Notes: a model not told the origin generated them from the letters alone. A DNA stretch of 64,000 bases from a virus (IMGVR_UViG_3300045049_000270); one strand, 5' to 3'; numbered from the stretch's first letter, positions 29,789 through 40,094 are shown. Translations and numbers: made by a program.

Positions 29789-29812
29789 ATGGCGGGGATC
29801 GATCCCCGCCAT
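29789..29812 (+). terminator. Palindromic hairpin after rIIB
   Basis: ATGGCGGGGATCGATCCCCGCCAT. Confidence 0.55.
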
Positions 29813-29820
29813 TATGCCAT

Positions 29821-30543
29821 ATGTTCAAGAAACTAATCGAAAAATTTGAAGCACCTCGTCCCTCGTATGCAACTTGGGAAGAATGGGATGAATGGCGAGA
29901 ACAAACCAGAAAGAAATATCCTATTCGATATTTCTTGTTCGACACCTTACCGTCAATCATTAAGCATGCAAAAATGCGATTTATTGAACCAGTATATTAT
30001 TGGTTCTATTATCGAACAGTGAATCGCATGCATGTTATCAAGCCAAAGTCATTACGCCCCGGGTACGTTGGGTGTGATGCGCGTATGTTGCATTCATGCT
30101 TCGAGGAATTGCGCCGTTATGTTGAAGATAGTTTGGGCCGTCGTAATTTTTCGTATTACTGGGTGGGCCGAAATGATTCAAAACGTAAACACCAAACTCG
30201 GCAGAATTTGATTCTAGCAGGTCTTGATTATCTAGACCAGATCATAGACGGCGATCATGTTTCACCATCACATCAAGAAGTAGCAAAAGAAATCAAGGTA
30301 CTATATTTGTGGTGGACAGTAGATCGCGTTCAACGCTTGAATAGTATTACTGCTGAAAAATTGGTTAGTCTTCAAACACCAGAAGATGTAGCCAAGATTG
30401 AAAAAGGTAATTGGAATCCCAATAATGTTGGCGCATCAACTAGGTATTTCTGGAGTTGTGCAAACGCATTGCAAACATTTTATGATGACCAAGATCAAGC
30501 AATGCTAGAGATCTTGGTCAAACATAGATTAGATTTGATCTAG
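29821..30543 (+). CDS. Phage hypothetical protein
   Basis: 240-aa ORF; D.RML...FE.L..YVE and LYLWWT motifs. Confidence 0.6.
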   Translation: MFKKLIEKFEAPRPSYATWEEWDEWREQTRKKYPIRYFLFDTLPSIIKHAKMRFIEPVYYWFYYRTVNRMHVIKPKSLRPGYVGCDARMLHSCFEELRRYVEDSLGRRNFSYYWVGRNDSKRKHQTRQNLILAGLDYLDQIIDGDHVSPSHQEVAKEIKVLYLWWTVDRVQRLNSITAEKLVSLQTPEDVAKIEKGNWNPNNVGASTRYFWSCANALQTFYDDQDQAMLEILVKHRLDLI

Positions 30544-31841
30544 AACTTTGAACGAAGTTCTGAGATGATGGCTGTGAGATCGCGTCCAAGGGATTGGAAT
30601 TCAATAAATTTGCCATTTTCATCAAAGATGGCATGAATGATCCAGTCCTGGATCTCGGTTTCACTGTCTTTCATTTGGAAATGTAATTGAAAACGACCAG
30701 TTGGATTCTTCTGATTCAATTCCTTCAACATATCACTGTATCCTGAACGATCAACTTCTGGAATCAAATCTAAAAAGTTTGTACCAACCACCTGTTCAGA
30801 TGTGACACCAAAATGCATCAAATACATTTTGTTTACAGCATGAATCTTTCCATTCTGATCATAGCATGCGAGCATGTCAACGCTATTGTTCAAGAATGCG
30901 TTATTAACGCGCTTGGCAACCCCCAAATCGTTTTCTAGCTGCCTAATCTCTGTTATGTCTTTCAATGTTATGAGACTAGCATTGCTTGTTTCCCACTTAA
31001 TCAAAGTGCTAGAAACTAATAACTCAATTTCTTGGCCATCAACAGTCAACCCAGTTACTACATAATTCTTCGGAGTACTATCACCATTCATTCTAGCAGT
31101 ATGATGATCGTTCAATGTCTTGATGCTTTGTTTATGGAAAAAGTGTGAAAGTGGTTTCGCGATAAAACTTTCACTTGAATAGCCAAGCATACGAGTGATT
31201 GCAGGGTTCGCCGCGACGATATGATAGTTTTGTACGATGACAATGCCGTCGAAACTTTGCTCAAATACAGAACGATAACGGCTTTCATTCAGTTGTAGTT
31301 CATGTTGTATTTTCATGGTCGAACTGACGTCACGAATCAACAACATAGAAACACGAGTGCCGTCAACGCGTTCCATATGAGTGATTGAACCATCGATCCA
31401 GAATAATTCACCAGTCTTACGCTTACCACGTAGATTATCTAGCGGGGTAGTCATCATTGTATCTGGATGATATGATGAAAATAAATCAATTATTTCACGT
31501 GATGAAATATTAGGATCACCAATTTTTCTGAATAAAAGATCGATTGTGTGACCTATAACATCAATGCTTTTCCAACCGAAAATAAATTCAGCGGCTGGGT
31601 TAATTGATTCTATTTTTCCACCATCTGAACATATAATAAGCGCGTCTGCTAGTAGGTTTGCGGTGGTTTCAATTTGACGAAGACTGTCGTCTAGGCGGGC
31701 TTTTAGACGGAACGTTACATCATGAGCTGCATCAGCGGTTGACGTTGCAGCTTCAAGCAGAAGAGCTTGGCTCTTCTGCACTTTTGACATTTGCTCTAAT
31801 TCACGTTCCAACTTAGCTTGTTTCTTTTTGCTATTCCACAT
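30540..31841 (-). CDS. Triple PAS-domain protein with no output domain
   Basis: Three PAS/PAC units (NPAAEFIFGW...RDVS; NPAITRMLGY...KDITE; NKMY...GRDLT); N-terminal coiled coil. Confidence 0.85.
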   Translation of the reverse strand: MWNSKKKQAKLERELEQMSKVQKSQALLLEAATSTADAAHDVTFRLKARLDDSLRQIETTANLLADALIICSDGGKIESINPAAEFIFGWKSIDVIGHTIDLLFRKIGDPNISSREIIDLFSSYHPDTMMTTPLDNLRGKRKTGELFWIDGSITHMERVDGTRVSMLLIRDVSSTMKIQHELQLNESRYRSVFEQSFDGIVIVQNYHIVAANPAITRMLGYSSESFIAKPLSHFFHKQSIKTLNDHHTARMNGDSTPKNYVVTGLTVDGQEIELLVSSTLIKWETSNASLITLKDITEIRQLENDLGVAKRVNNAFLNNSVDMLACYDQNGKIHAVNKMYLMHFGVTSEQVVGTNFLDLIPEVDRSGYSDMLKELNQKNPTGRFQLHFQMKDSETEIQDWIIHAIFDENGKFIEFQSLGRDLTAIISELRSKF

Positions 31842-31849
31842 GATGAAGC

Positions 31850-32017
31850 TCACCAAATATCTTTATAGGTAATACCCTTATGGACTTACCAATGTTACGA
31901 TCACTACAACTATATTTTTTCAGCTAAAGCTTTATTGGTTGCTGTGCTTGCTCTGATCGTCAAAATGTCTTCTCTTGAAAGTTTTCGCAAAGTCATTCGA
32001 ACATCATTCTTTGTCAT
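31850..32017 (-). pseudogene. Frameshifted remnant of a homing-endonuclease-type HTH DNA-binding domain
   Basis: RKLSREDILTIRAS...LAEK / YSCSDRNIGK / KGITYKDIW across two frameshifts. Confidence 0.55.
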
Positions 32018-32052
32018 TTCTTTTTCAGCAAGTCCTTTATAAGGTGGTTCTT

Positions 32053-32310
32053 CTAGAGTTTGCCTTTAATTTCGAACAGAACGAATTTCAGGCTGTTCAA
32101 AGCTTCACTTAGCGTTACATTACCCTTTGTGTAGTCCTCGATGATTCTGTCGATCTTATCGTCTTTCTTTTCGATTTCGGCCAGCAAACGTTTACGCTCA
32201 AACCACAAAATCAAAATGAAGATAATGAGGACTGCGATAATAGCCTGTGGACCTCCACCGAGAATTGCGCCGAAAAATTTTTCAATTAATGTATCCATAG
32301 TGCCGCCCAT
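32053..32310 (-). CDS. Small single-TM protein with coiled coil
   Basis: IIAVLIIFILILWF TM segment; TAAATA upstream. Confidence 0.65.
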   Translation of the reverse strand: MGGTMDTLIEKFFGAILGGGPQAIIAVLIIFILILWFERKRLLAEIEKKDDKIDRIIEDYTKGNVTLSEALNSLKFVLFEIKGKL

Positions 32311-32399
32311 CGCGAAAGGGGTTTCTTGTATTTATGGCACTTGAACATTCACTTAAAGCGCCTGTTTACATCAAGTAACATTCTTCCAGAAGTCATTAA

Positions 32400-32429
32400 A
32401 AAGGCGAGCGGTGTACACCGCTCGCCTTT
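32400..32429 (-). terminator. Terminator (perfect palindrome)
   Basis: AAAGGCGAGCGGTGTACACCGCTCGCCTTT. Confidence 0.7.
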
Positions 32430-32446
32430 GGAATTGGGGTCAAACT

Positions 32447-32749
32447 TCAGTTAAAGCGCAACTTGAAAAACATAGCCATATCACTGTCTACAAAATCAAA
32501 CGCCAGACCGTGAAAATACATCCGCTCCTTTCGATCGTCAAATAAACCGAACATTTGGTAGTCTTTCGAAGAGAGTTCATTTTCATCAAACCACTCTCGC
32601 AACTCACTTACGCTGTGGTCTTGCGCGACCACAATACGAAATCCTATTGGTTTGTGACGTGAAACGCGCGTTGCAACTTGACGGATTTTGTCAGCGTTGA
32701 AACGGCTGGCTTTTGCTTGATTCCAGTTGTAGTTGGTCTGTACGATCAT
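32447..32749 (-). CDS. 'FKL' family member
   Basis: EWFDEN...FVDSDMAMFFKLRFN. Confidence 0.6.
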   Translation of the reverse strand: MIVQTNYNWNQAKASRFNADKIRQVATRVSRHKPIGFRIVVAQDHSVSELREWFDENELSSKDYQMFGLFDDRKERMYFHGLAFDFVDSDMAMFFKLRFN

Positions 32750-32795
32750 TCCCTTTTTGCTCCGTAAGGGATTAAACAAAACCGCTTGCGCTTTT

Positions 32796-32891
32796 TGTGG
32801 CTTCCTGTCAGCGACGCTTTTTCAACTAAGTAAGAGTTACTGCTCCGGTCCTTACTTGCTCAGCTCCCCGTTTAACGTCTTACTGCACCAC
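32796..32891 (-). ncRNA. Candidate rod-shaped RNA or structured leader
   Basis: Nested pairings GUGGU/GCCAC, CAGU/GCUG, GACGUU/AGCGUC, AAGUAAG/CUUACUU; TGn-TATACT just upstream. Confidence 0.4.
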
Positions 32892-32910
32892 TGGCTTAGT
32901 ATAGCAAGCA

Positions 32911-33657
32911 TTACTGCAATAGTAATAGCAAAGTGCGCGCTTCCGTGTAATTTTGCAACACTAAGCATTCACCTAGCGCTTCAACGTCCCACCCTACACC
33001 CAGTAAAATTTGCAGCTTCTTCGCCAAAAGCTTGCCACCGTCAGTCATGCTGACAGCAGCTTCATTTAGCTTATACTGGGGGAATAGTCGGTCACGTGGA
33101 CCGAATGATAAGAACGGAAGGCTTACTACTTCGCCTGAGCCGCAGAGTGACATAAGCTCGCACTCAATTATAACATTATTAAGATCGCTTGCATGAAAAA
33201 ATTCATGAATCTGGCTATCGAGCTCGGCCCGCATCACACGATCAACTAACTTTGAATTAAATGCGCGGGTGCCTTTAACCGTGCGAAGTCGCATGCGCCA
33301 TTTATCGATACCAGCGAGTGATCCAACATCACGTAGGATGTTCTGAATTGCGTCAGCAATCTTCAGATTTAAAGGCAACTCCACGAACACCATATAGTAG
33401 CCTTTTACATCAGGAGCTGGTGAAATGTCAGTGTCCAGCAGATCAACATAGCTCTTCTGAACGAAGCGATTCAAGTCTTGAGCAGCGGAACGATCTTTCA
33501 CATAAAATGCAAGTACGATGGCCGAATCATCTATCTTGCTATTATATTCATCAATGCTAATGACGTCACCGACCAAGTTCTTGAGATCATTTCGTCTCAA
33601 ACCTTCGGTCAGGATTTCAGCAGTGTTTGAATCAGGGCGGGCTAAACGTTCACTCAT
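32911..33657 (-). CDS. Phage hypothetical protein
   Basis: ISIDEYNSKI...AAQDL.RF...D.DISP...VFVE; coupled to the upstream gene. Confidence 0.65.
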   Translation of the reverse strand: MSERLARPDSNTAEILTEGLRRNDLKNLVGDVISIDEYNSKIDDSAIVLAFYVKDRSAAQDLNRFVQKSYVDLLDTDISPAPDVKGYYMVFVELPLNLKIADAIQNILRDVGSLAGIDKWRMRLRTVKGTRAFNSKLVDRVMRAELDSQIHEFFHASDLNNVIIECELMSLCGSGEVVSLPFLSFGPRDRLFPQYKLNEAAVSMTDGGKLLAKKLQILLGVGWDVEALGECLVLQNYTEARTLLLLLQ

Positions 33658-34177
33658 TTTCGCCTCCATTGCTACCTAGGTCACCACCGACCTCATCACT
33701 AGCAGAACCTTGTGTGGCATCAATCCCATCATCTGTCGTATGGTAAGCTGTGTCAGAATTAACACCAGCATCAACAGAACTATTAACATCATCCGCATCA
33801 ATGCTCTGATCGTAAAAGTCAACACCCGAATTGTTCATACCGCCTAGCAGTTTTCGAGGAACTTCGACGTCCAACACCCAACAAACATGCTCATCATCCT
33901 TTTGGAGGTGTTCTACGGGGACTTTATTGTACTTAACATAGATGCCGTGCTTCAACAAACGAAGCGCGGCACGAGGATCTGGCATGTCTTCGTAGTCGTA
34001 TTTGATTGAGACTTTCACCCAGAATTTACGAATTTTCGGGCCCTGTACTATTTCTCCGTTGAACCAGTTCTTGAACACATAGATGTCCAATGAGTCAAGG
34101 ATGTCTTCCACTTGCAATAAAATATCCAGCAAATGTGGCGTCTCTTCAATTGATTTAAGGTCTAGTTTTTGATCCAT
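33650..34177 (-). CDS. Phage hypothetical protein with acidic tail
   Basis: LDIYVFKNWFNGEIVQGP...MPDP.AA.RL; TAAATA upstream. Confidence 0.65.
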   Translation of the reverse strand: MDQKLDLKSIEETPHLLDILLQVEDILDSLDIYVFKNWFNGEIVQGPKIRKFWVKVSIKYDYEDMPDPRAALRLLKHGIYVKYNKVPVEHLQKDDEHVCWVLDVEVPRKLLGGMNNSGVDFYDQSIDADDVNSSVDAGVNSDTAYHTTDDGIDATQGSASDEVGGDLGSNGGENE

Positions 34178-34273
34178 AGTTTTTCCCACTTGCGATTATT
34201 TATGCCATCAAAAAGACGAGGGTTGGCCCCTCCTGTTAAGCCAACCCTCGGACCACTTTCGTGGAATTAATCG

Positions 34274-35098
34274 TTATTTGGATAGACGATCAAAAGCTCG
34301 TTGAAAACGAGCTGCCTTCTCGTCAATTACTTCTTCACCATCATCATACAATTCAAGAATTTCTTCGATAATTGGGTGACGTTCGACATCACTATTATCG
34401 AATTCTAGAACTGAAATATGATCTGATTTTTTATTAGCGAAACGAGCAATGAAGTCTTTGAGACCATTCTTCTCAAAGCCACGATCATGCTGATTAATAT
34501 CACCAGTAATGATCATTTTGCTGTTTTCACCAATACGAGTCAAAACCATCTTCATCTGATTTGGTGTTGAGTTTTGGCATTCGTCGAACAGAACTACCGC
34601 GTTTTTCAAAGTACGACCGCGCATATAAGCCAAAGGAGCGATTTCGATCATTTCATCTTCGATCATCTTCTCAATTTGCTTTGGACTGTAGTATTCCTTG
34701 AATACATCCATGATTGGAATGACCCATGGTGCCATCTTTTCAATCAGTGTACCTGGGAGGAAACCATGATCTTCATCAACTGAAACAGCAGGGCGCGTAA
34801 TGATGATTTTGTCTACTAAACCTTCTTTCAATGCTTTGATTGCATACATTGTAGCGAGCAATGTTTTGCCAGAACCAGCTGGGCCAGTTGCAAAAACGAT
34901 ATATTGTTCTTCGTCTTCTAATGCTTTGATGTATTTTTCCTGTGTGAGGCTTCTAGGGATGAGATCTACTCGACGCTTACGTGGGACAAATCGTTCGAGT
35001 TCTTGGACATCGTAACCAGGTGTGGATTGATTGTTACGATTAGTATTGCGTTCAGCGCGTGGGTTTGGTCTATCTGCGCGTTTAGCTCTTTTGGTCAC
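34274..35098 (-). CDS. phoH: PhoH-like ATPase
   Basis: GPAGSGKT, ITRPAV, GFLPG, LAYMRGRT, DECQN, LTRIGE, RHP. Confidence 0.93.
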   Translation of the reverse strand: MTKRAKRADRPNPRAERNTNRNNQSTPGYDVQELERFVPRKRRVDLIPRSLTQEKYIKALEDEEQYIVFATGPAGSGKTLLATMYAIKALKEGLVDKIIITRPAVSVDEDHGFLPGTLIEKMAPWVIPIMDVFKEYYSPKQIEKMIEDEMIEIAPLAYMRGRTLKNAVVLFDECQNSTPNQMKMVLTRIGENSKMIITGDINQHDRGFEKNGLKDFIARFANKKSDHISVLEFDNSDVERHPIIEEILELYDDGEEVIDEKAARFQRAFDRLSK

Positions 35099-35569
35099 TC
35101 CAGCCTCCAAATGCTATAGGATGTGAATTGTTGTAAAAACTACTAACTTAATTGGCTGTTCTTCGTTATTTATGAGTGTCTTTAACGACTTTTGTACTGT
35201 TTTATCTCCGCCAATTTCGTTATAAATGGAACCTTTATCGATTTCCATATGGCAAAAAGCCAGCACCAACAGGGTGTTCCTGTCATTTGCTGGCTAATTG
35301 TTACTGCAAAGTTCTTCAAAGTATTTCTTTATTATGCTGCGTCTGCTACTTCAACGTATTCGTACGACCATTTCGATTCAGGTTGATTACAATTACCTAA
35401 TAGTAGTCTCACTGCATCAAAAAATCCTTCCGATTTTTATTACCCTTATCATTATAATAATCACCATATGTGACTACTAATTGATCGTCTTTAAAGATTT
35501 CAATGAAAAAATATTCACCGTTGAAATCTTTGTCATCTTCAGCATAATGAATTACTTCTTTGAACTTGT

Positions 35570-36139
35570 TCATTCTGCTACTTTAGACTTTGTCTTGCGC
35601 TTTGGCTTAACATGCACTTCTTCGGCTTCAACATGTTCAACTTCTGGTTTGGATTCAGTAGTTTGACCTAGTGCCCGTTTTGCATCTTCTACCGACCCAC
35701 CAGTTTTAGTGATTACGCTAGTAACCGCCGATGCCAAATCCTCTGCCGAGATTTGCGCAGAGGGCGCATCAGACTTGATATCTAGGGCTGGTAAACCAGC
35801 CCTGGCGCGTTCCTGAGCTTCCTTTTCCATCCAGAGACCAACTGCTTCGGTTGTTTCTGCTCGGTATTTGGTAAGATAATGCTTCATAACATCGTCAGCC
35901 TTAACATCCTTGAAGCTGTTCTTCACAACCATTGCTTCAAGCACATCAATGATTACTACTGCGCGAACGAGATCTTTTTCCTTTACCCGATCGACAAAGT
36001 TAACATTTTCGAAAACTGACCAACTTTCGTCGTTCATATCAGCCCAACCAGCCTTTGTCGTATTCACACCTTTAGCTGGACGATATGTATTGAAAACCAT
36101 CATGAAAGGGCGCTTCGATAGATATTTTTTGTTGTACAT
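35570..36139 (-). CDS. Hypothetical protein
   Basis: 189-aa ORF with RBS. Confidence 0.6.
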   Translation of the reverse strand: MYNKKYLSKRPFMMVFNTYRPAKGVNTTKAGWADMNDESWSVFENVNFVDRVKEKDLVRAVVIIDVLEAMVVKNSFKDVKADDVMKHYLTKYRAETTEAVGLWMEKEAQERARAGLPALDIKSDAPSAQISAEDLASAVTSVITKTGGSVEDAKRALGQTTESKPEVEHVEAEEVHVKPKRKTKSKVAE

Positions 36140-36150
36140 TGTTCTTTTCT

Positions 36151-36546
36151 TTAAAAGTCTTCAGTGATTTCTGTAAGGTCATTAATTATCTTACTGGCTT
36201 CGTAGGTAACAGAACCACTATAATAACCATTGTGCGAGTTACGAACTTCAATGTCAATATATCCATAAGTAGTCATCAAAGTCCAAAATGCAGCTTCTTC
36301 ACAATCTTGTCGTGTCGATTCACACGCTTGCCAAGGCTTTTCTTCAATAAACAAAACCACACAACCGGCAATCCCATCATGGACTGGTAATGTGACATGG
36401 TTAAACCATACTTCATTACAGCATGAAACCTGGGTCTCGAATACAAAGTCACCATCAGTCGTTTCGAACACCAAATGCCAATGTTCTAAATCTGTTAAGA
36501 TCTTCTTAATAGTACGTCCGATGAGGGGATCGAAAACGGTTGACAT
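36151..36546 (-). CDS. Phage hypothetical protein
   Basis: SCCNEVW and HNGYYSG motifs. Confidence 0.6.
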   Translation of the reverse strand: MSTVFDPLIGRTIKKILTDLEHWHLVFETTDGDFVFETQVSCCNEVWFNHVTLPVHDGIAGCVVLFIEEKPWQACESTRQDCEEAAFWTLMTTYGYIDIEVRNSHNGYYSGSVTYEASKIINDLTEITEDF

Positions 36547-37470
36547 TTATTTTGTGATATTGATTAATTCTACGATAGTTGCCGCGAGATTCAGTTCAAT
36601 ATCTGCTACCAGAGAATGATTCACCAAACCTCGACGGATAACCAATAACGCTTCGTTTTGTTGCTCTTCAGTATTACCCCAGAAATGCAGATTCTTATAC
36701 ATAAATCTAAAGATTTCTGGATATTCTTCTGGCTGAGCCTGCTCCACTACCATCTTACGTGCTTCGGTATATTTACCAGCTGCAAACAGATTTGCCATTT
36801 CAAGCATATAATCCTTACCACCAGCATCAGCTTTCTGCGGAGCTTGCAGCTTACCATCACGCACGTTTTGCTGAAGCAAGTTAATACACTTACGCAAATC
36901 TGGGTGCGTCATCTCAACGTATTGTTCCATCGTTTCGATATCAAACTCAATATTCTCGGTAGCAAGGATGGTGCCAATTCTAACCATAAATTCGCTCACA
37001 TCAAGCGCTTCAAAGTGAAAACCTTGGCAACGACTATGGATAGCTGGGATGATCTTATTTGGATAATTGCACGTTAGGATGAAGCGCGCCGTATCATGGT
37101 ATTTTTCCATTTCACCACGCAAAATACGCTGAGCAAGCGGGCTCATGGAATCCGCCTCATCAAGCAAAACGTATTTAAAATCACCCAATGGCCAAGTGCT
37201 AACAAAATTCACAATCTTATCTTGAACCACATCAGCATTACGTTCGCGTGATGCATTAATTTCAAGAATATCACCTTTGTTCACATTCAACAATTTCAGC
37301 ATCATAAGTGCCAAAGATGTCTTACCAGAACCCTGCACACCGCTCAAAAGCAAGTGTGGTAATGCGCCGGCTTTTAGCCATTGTTCAACTTGTTCACGTT
37401 GCGCAGAATCGCGCCAAACATATTCATCTAAAGTAGCGGGTCTATATGCTTCAGTCCAGAGAGTTGTCAT
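36547..37470 (-). CDS. Sliding-clamp loader AAA+ subunit (RFC/gp44-like)
   Basis: LWTEAYRP, GVQGSGKT, EINAS, LLDEAD, FILTCNY, SRC, DLRKCIN. Confidence 0.92.
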   Translation of the reverse strand: MTTLWTEAYRPATLDEYVWRDSAQREQVEQWLKAGALPHLLLSGVQGSGKTSLALMMLKLLNVNKGDILEINASRERNADVVQDKIVNFVSTWPLGDFKYVLLDEADSMSPLAQRILRGEMEKYHDTARFILTCNYPNKIIPAIHSRCQGFHFEALDVSEFMVRIGTILATENIEFDIETMEQYVEMTHPDLRKCINLLQQNVRDGKLQAPQKADAGGKDYMLEMANLFAAGKYTEARKMVVEQAQPEEYPEIFRFMYKNLHFWGNTEEQQNEALLVIRRGLVNHSLVADIELNLAATIVELINITK

Positions 37471-37478
37471 TTGATTTG

Positions 37479-37829
37479 TTATAGTTCGGAAGTGTCAAGT
37501 GGGCAATCGTCGGTAACCAGTTCCACACTATCTGGGTACTCAACTTGCCACAGTGTAATTGTTTCTCCTTCCGGCGTCATATATTCAAATCCATTAGTCC
37601 AACGACCATGCTTGACGTAAATCCATTGACCTGGTTGAATATCGTCTACTTGTGGGCCAGTAAGATACACTTGGCACCAACGCGGACGAACACCATGTGC
37701 CTTCATATTGTCATCACGTAGGATGATACCACCAGCCGAAAGCCGTGATCCTTTTTCCATATTGGTGACATAAACGACATTACGAAGTGGTTGAAGTGTG
37801 CCGGTCACGGCAGATGAATGAGTTGCCAT
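37479..37829 (-). CDS. GroES-like co-chaperonin
   Basis: LQPLRNVV...SAGGIIL...V..TGP...IQPGQWI. Confidence 0.7.
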   Translation of the reverse strand: MATHSSAVTGTLQPLRNVVYVTNMEKGSRLSAGGIILRDDNMKAHGVRPRWCQVYLTGPQVDDIQPGQWIYVKHGRWTNGFEYMTPEGETITLWQVEYPDSVELVTDDCPLDTSEL

Positions 37830-37954
37830 TTATTATTCTCCTAATCCCCTTATTCTAAGCCACAGTGTAAGGCATGTCAAAATTTGAAATTAGAAAAAGA
37901 TGGGTCGGTAATTGCTTACCGACCCTAGGAGAGAAAGAACAATGGCCTTACTGC

Positions 37955-38317
37955 TTAATCTTTGAAGTCATCCTTCAAGATCTTCTTACCACTCTTCGGT
38001 GCAGTATTAACCGGAGTGGCAGTTTGTGCCTCAGCTTGCTGTGTTGCAATAGCTTTCGCTTGCGCAATCACTTCGGCTGGGGTCAAAAATGTATCTGGTG
38101 TTACTTCCTTCAAACTGATTCGACGGACAGCTCTTGGGTTCTGATTATGGTATTCCTGTGCCACTTCTTCACGGCGCTTGATAATCGTGCCGCCAGGACC
38201 AAGGATATCACCACGAGCATTCATATTTGCATTGCCGATAGCGATCTTATTTTCGTTCTTGGTCATGATTGGAGTGACATCAAGATGCTTGCCCTTCATT
38301 GTTTTAATCTGGCGCAT
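37955..38317 (-). CDS. Phage hypothetical protein
   Basis: AIGNANMNARGDILGPGG motif; GGAGG RBS. Confidence 0.65.
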   Translation of the reverse strand: MRQIKTMKGKHLDVTPIMTKNENKIAIGNANMNARGDILGPGGTIIKRREEVAQEYHNQNPRAVRRISLKEVTPDTFLTPAEVIAQAKAIATQQAEAQTATPVNTAPKSGKKILKDDFKD

Positions 38318-38366
38318 GGAATAAACCTCCAATTTAATCTACAGTTTTATTTATAATGGCGAATCA

Positions 38367-38915
38367 TCATTCTTTGATGAATTCTCTGATATCGAGGTCA
38401 TAAAGGATTGAATCAACTCTATGAATACCAATCAAGAATAAACTATAGCTGGCAACACTGGAGCCGCGCCCTACACCCCACCAAACACCAGCTTCGCGCA
38501 AGGTAGAGGTCATGAATATCAAGAAGCGTAGAACGTCTACCATTGCATGTTTTCGGAATAATTGCATTTCTTCGCGCACACGCAAGCGTGCAACATCAGT
38601 TTTGCATCGTTCCAGCAACCAAGCTTCAACATCAATAGTTTTTGCCTCTTCTGGCATTAACCATTGTGATTGTCGTTGTTTATGGAATTCTTCCGGTGTT
38701 ATTTCAAGAGGTTTAGAAACTTCAATGCATTTCTGAGGGGCATCAAACGTTTTGCACCACTTATTATAATTTTCAATAAGATCGGATGATTCAGCCAGAA
38801 CATTCGGTGTTTGGAAATATCCGTTATAGAACATTTCTAAAGCACCTTGTTCATTCAGAATCACTCTACCCCATTCATCAATTTTCTGGGTTACTGTTGT
38901 CATCAAGTCCGCCAC
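38367..38915 (-). CDS. Stand-alone fragment homologous to the DNA polymerase III alpha (DnaE) palm-proximal region
   Basis: RVREEM.LF...WGVGRGSSVASYSLFLIGIHRVD..YDL..EF. Confidence 0.75.
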   Translation of the reverse strand: MADLMTTVTQKIDEWGRVILNEQGALEMFYNGYFQTPNVLAESSDLIENYNKWCKTFDAPQKCIEVSKPLEITPEEFHKQRQSQWLMPEEAKTIDVEAWLLERCKTDVARLRVREEMQLFRKHAMVDVLRFLIFMTSTLREAGVWWGVGRGSSVASYSLFLIGIHRVDSILYDLDIREFIKE

Positions 38916-39591
38916 TAATTACACGTGGTTTAAATTCTGGTTTGATGATAATAGCAGCTTCTGAATTCTCTTTCAAAAATTGCTTCTCAATAAAACTAAT
39001 GTCATAACCAAATTGTGGTGGTTTGGAAAGATCTGCATTCTCACCTGGAATTACATCAAATGTGCTACCATCGTTACGTGCCCACCAAGGTTGAGCATGG
39101 AACGCACGTTCGCCAATCCACTCCACCATTGATGGTAGATACATTTCAGCATGGCCAGCAAATCCGCATGAAAGATTTTCTCGCGTATCACTGCTGATTT
39201 CGACAAAGCTAAACATAACTTGACCGCCGCCCAAAGCATTCAACTTGCTCTGAAATATAACAGCTAAGAAATCTTCGGATGGATCCTCGGGCATTACCAT
39301 TGGAAAGTTGCCAGTTTTTTGACGCCCTTCGTCATCAAACATCATATCAAGTGCAAAACCATTATCTCGATCAAACATAATGGCACTGCTAACAATATGA
39401 TCAAACCAGAAATGGATCTTTTCCAATGCAACTGAAAGTTGCTGTTCAGTACAGCTCTGTTTAACATGCACTTCAGTTTTCAATGAATGCATATGCGATG
39501 ACAATACATTGTCGATGACACGAAGTGATTTAAACTTGAATGTCATCCAACTGAAAGCATCTGGGAGAAGATCGTCGTCAATACCGCTCAT
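38878..39591 (-). CDS. Phage hypothetical protein
   Basis: Start refined to MSGIDD after AAGGA; PWWAR.D motif. Confidence 0.6.
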   Translation of the reverse strand: MSGIDDDLLPDAFSWMTFKFKSLRVIDNVLSSHMHSLKTEVHVKQSCTEQQLSVALEKIHFWFDHIVSSAIMFDRDNGFALDMMFDDEGRQKTGNFPMVMPEDPSEDFLAVIFQSKLNALGGGQVMFSFVEISSDTRENLSCGFAGHAEMYLPSMVEWIGERAFHAQPWWARNDGSTFDVIPGENADLSKPPQFGYDISFIEKQFLKENSEAAIIIKPEFKPRVISGGLDDNSNPEN

Positions 39592-39707
39592 ATTGTTCCT
39601 TTGTGCTGGGTAACCCAGGATGGCAAAAACATGGTAACCATTGGAATGGATGAACAGCCAATTGATCCAATGGTTACCATGTTTATTTATTAACAACGCT
39701 TATAATG

Positions 39708-40094
39708 TTAAACGTCTGGCTTATGTTTTGTATTTGGTGTCATTTGATCACCAGGAATTTCAGCTGGTTTTTTTGTTTTGGGTGGGAAGAATGATGCAAA
39801 CTTACCACTATTCATACCTGCCTTCTTACTCTTTACTTCAACTTCTTTCTTTTCACGAAGATCTGGTTCAGTCTCGATGACGGCTGGAGCCATACGTTCA
39901 CGCATTTCATGCAAGCGAATCAACATACGTTCCATCTGTTCATGTTGTAAAGCTTCTAGCATAGCATTCAATTGTTCAACAATTGAATAACTACCCATGC
40001 TGTAGGCAAACACTAGTTTGCCTTGAAGATCAGTCACTTTACGTACTATCTCTTCATCACTCATCTTTTTAGGTTCAAAGCCAGGTACGATCAT
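39708..40094 (-). CDS. Hypothetical protein
   Basis: 128-aa ORF. Confidence 0.55.
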   Translation of the reverse strand: MIVPGFEPKKMSDEEIVRKVTDLQGKLVFAYSMGSYSIVEQLNAMLEALQHEQMERMLIRLHEMRERMAPAVIETEPDLREKKEVEVKSKKAGMNSGKFASFFPPKTKKPAEIPGDQMTPNTKHKPDV

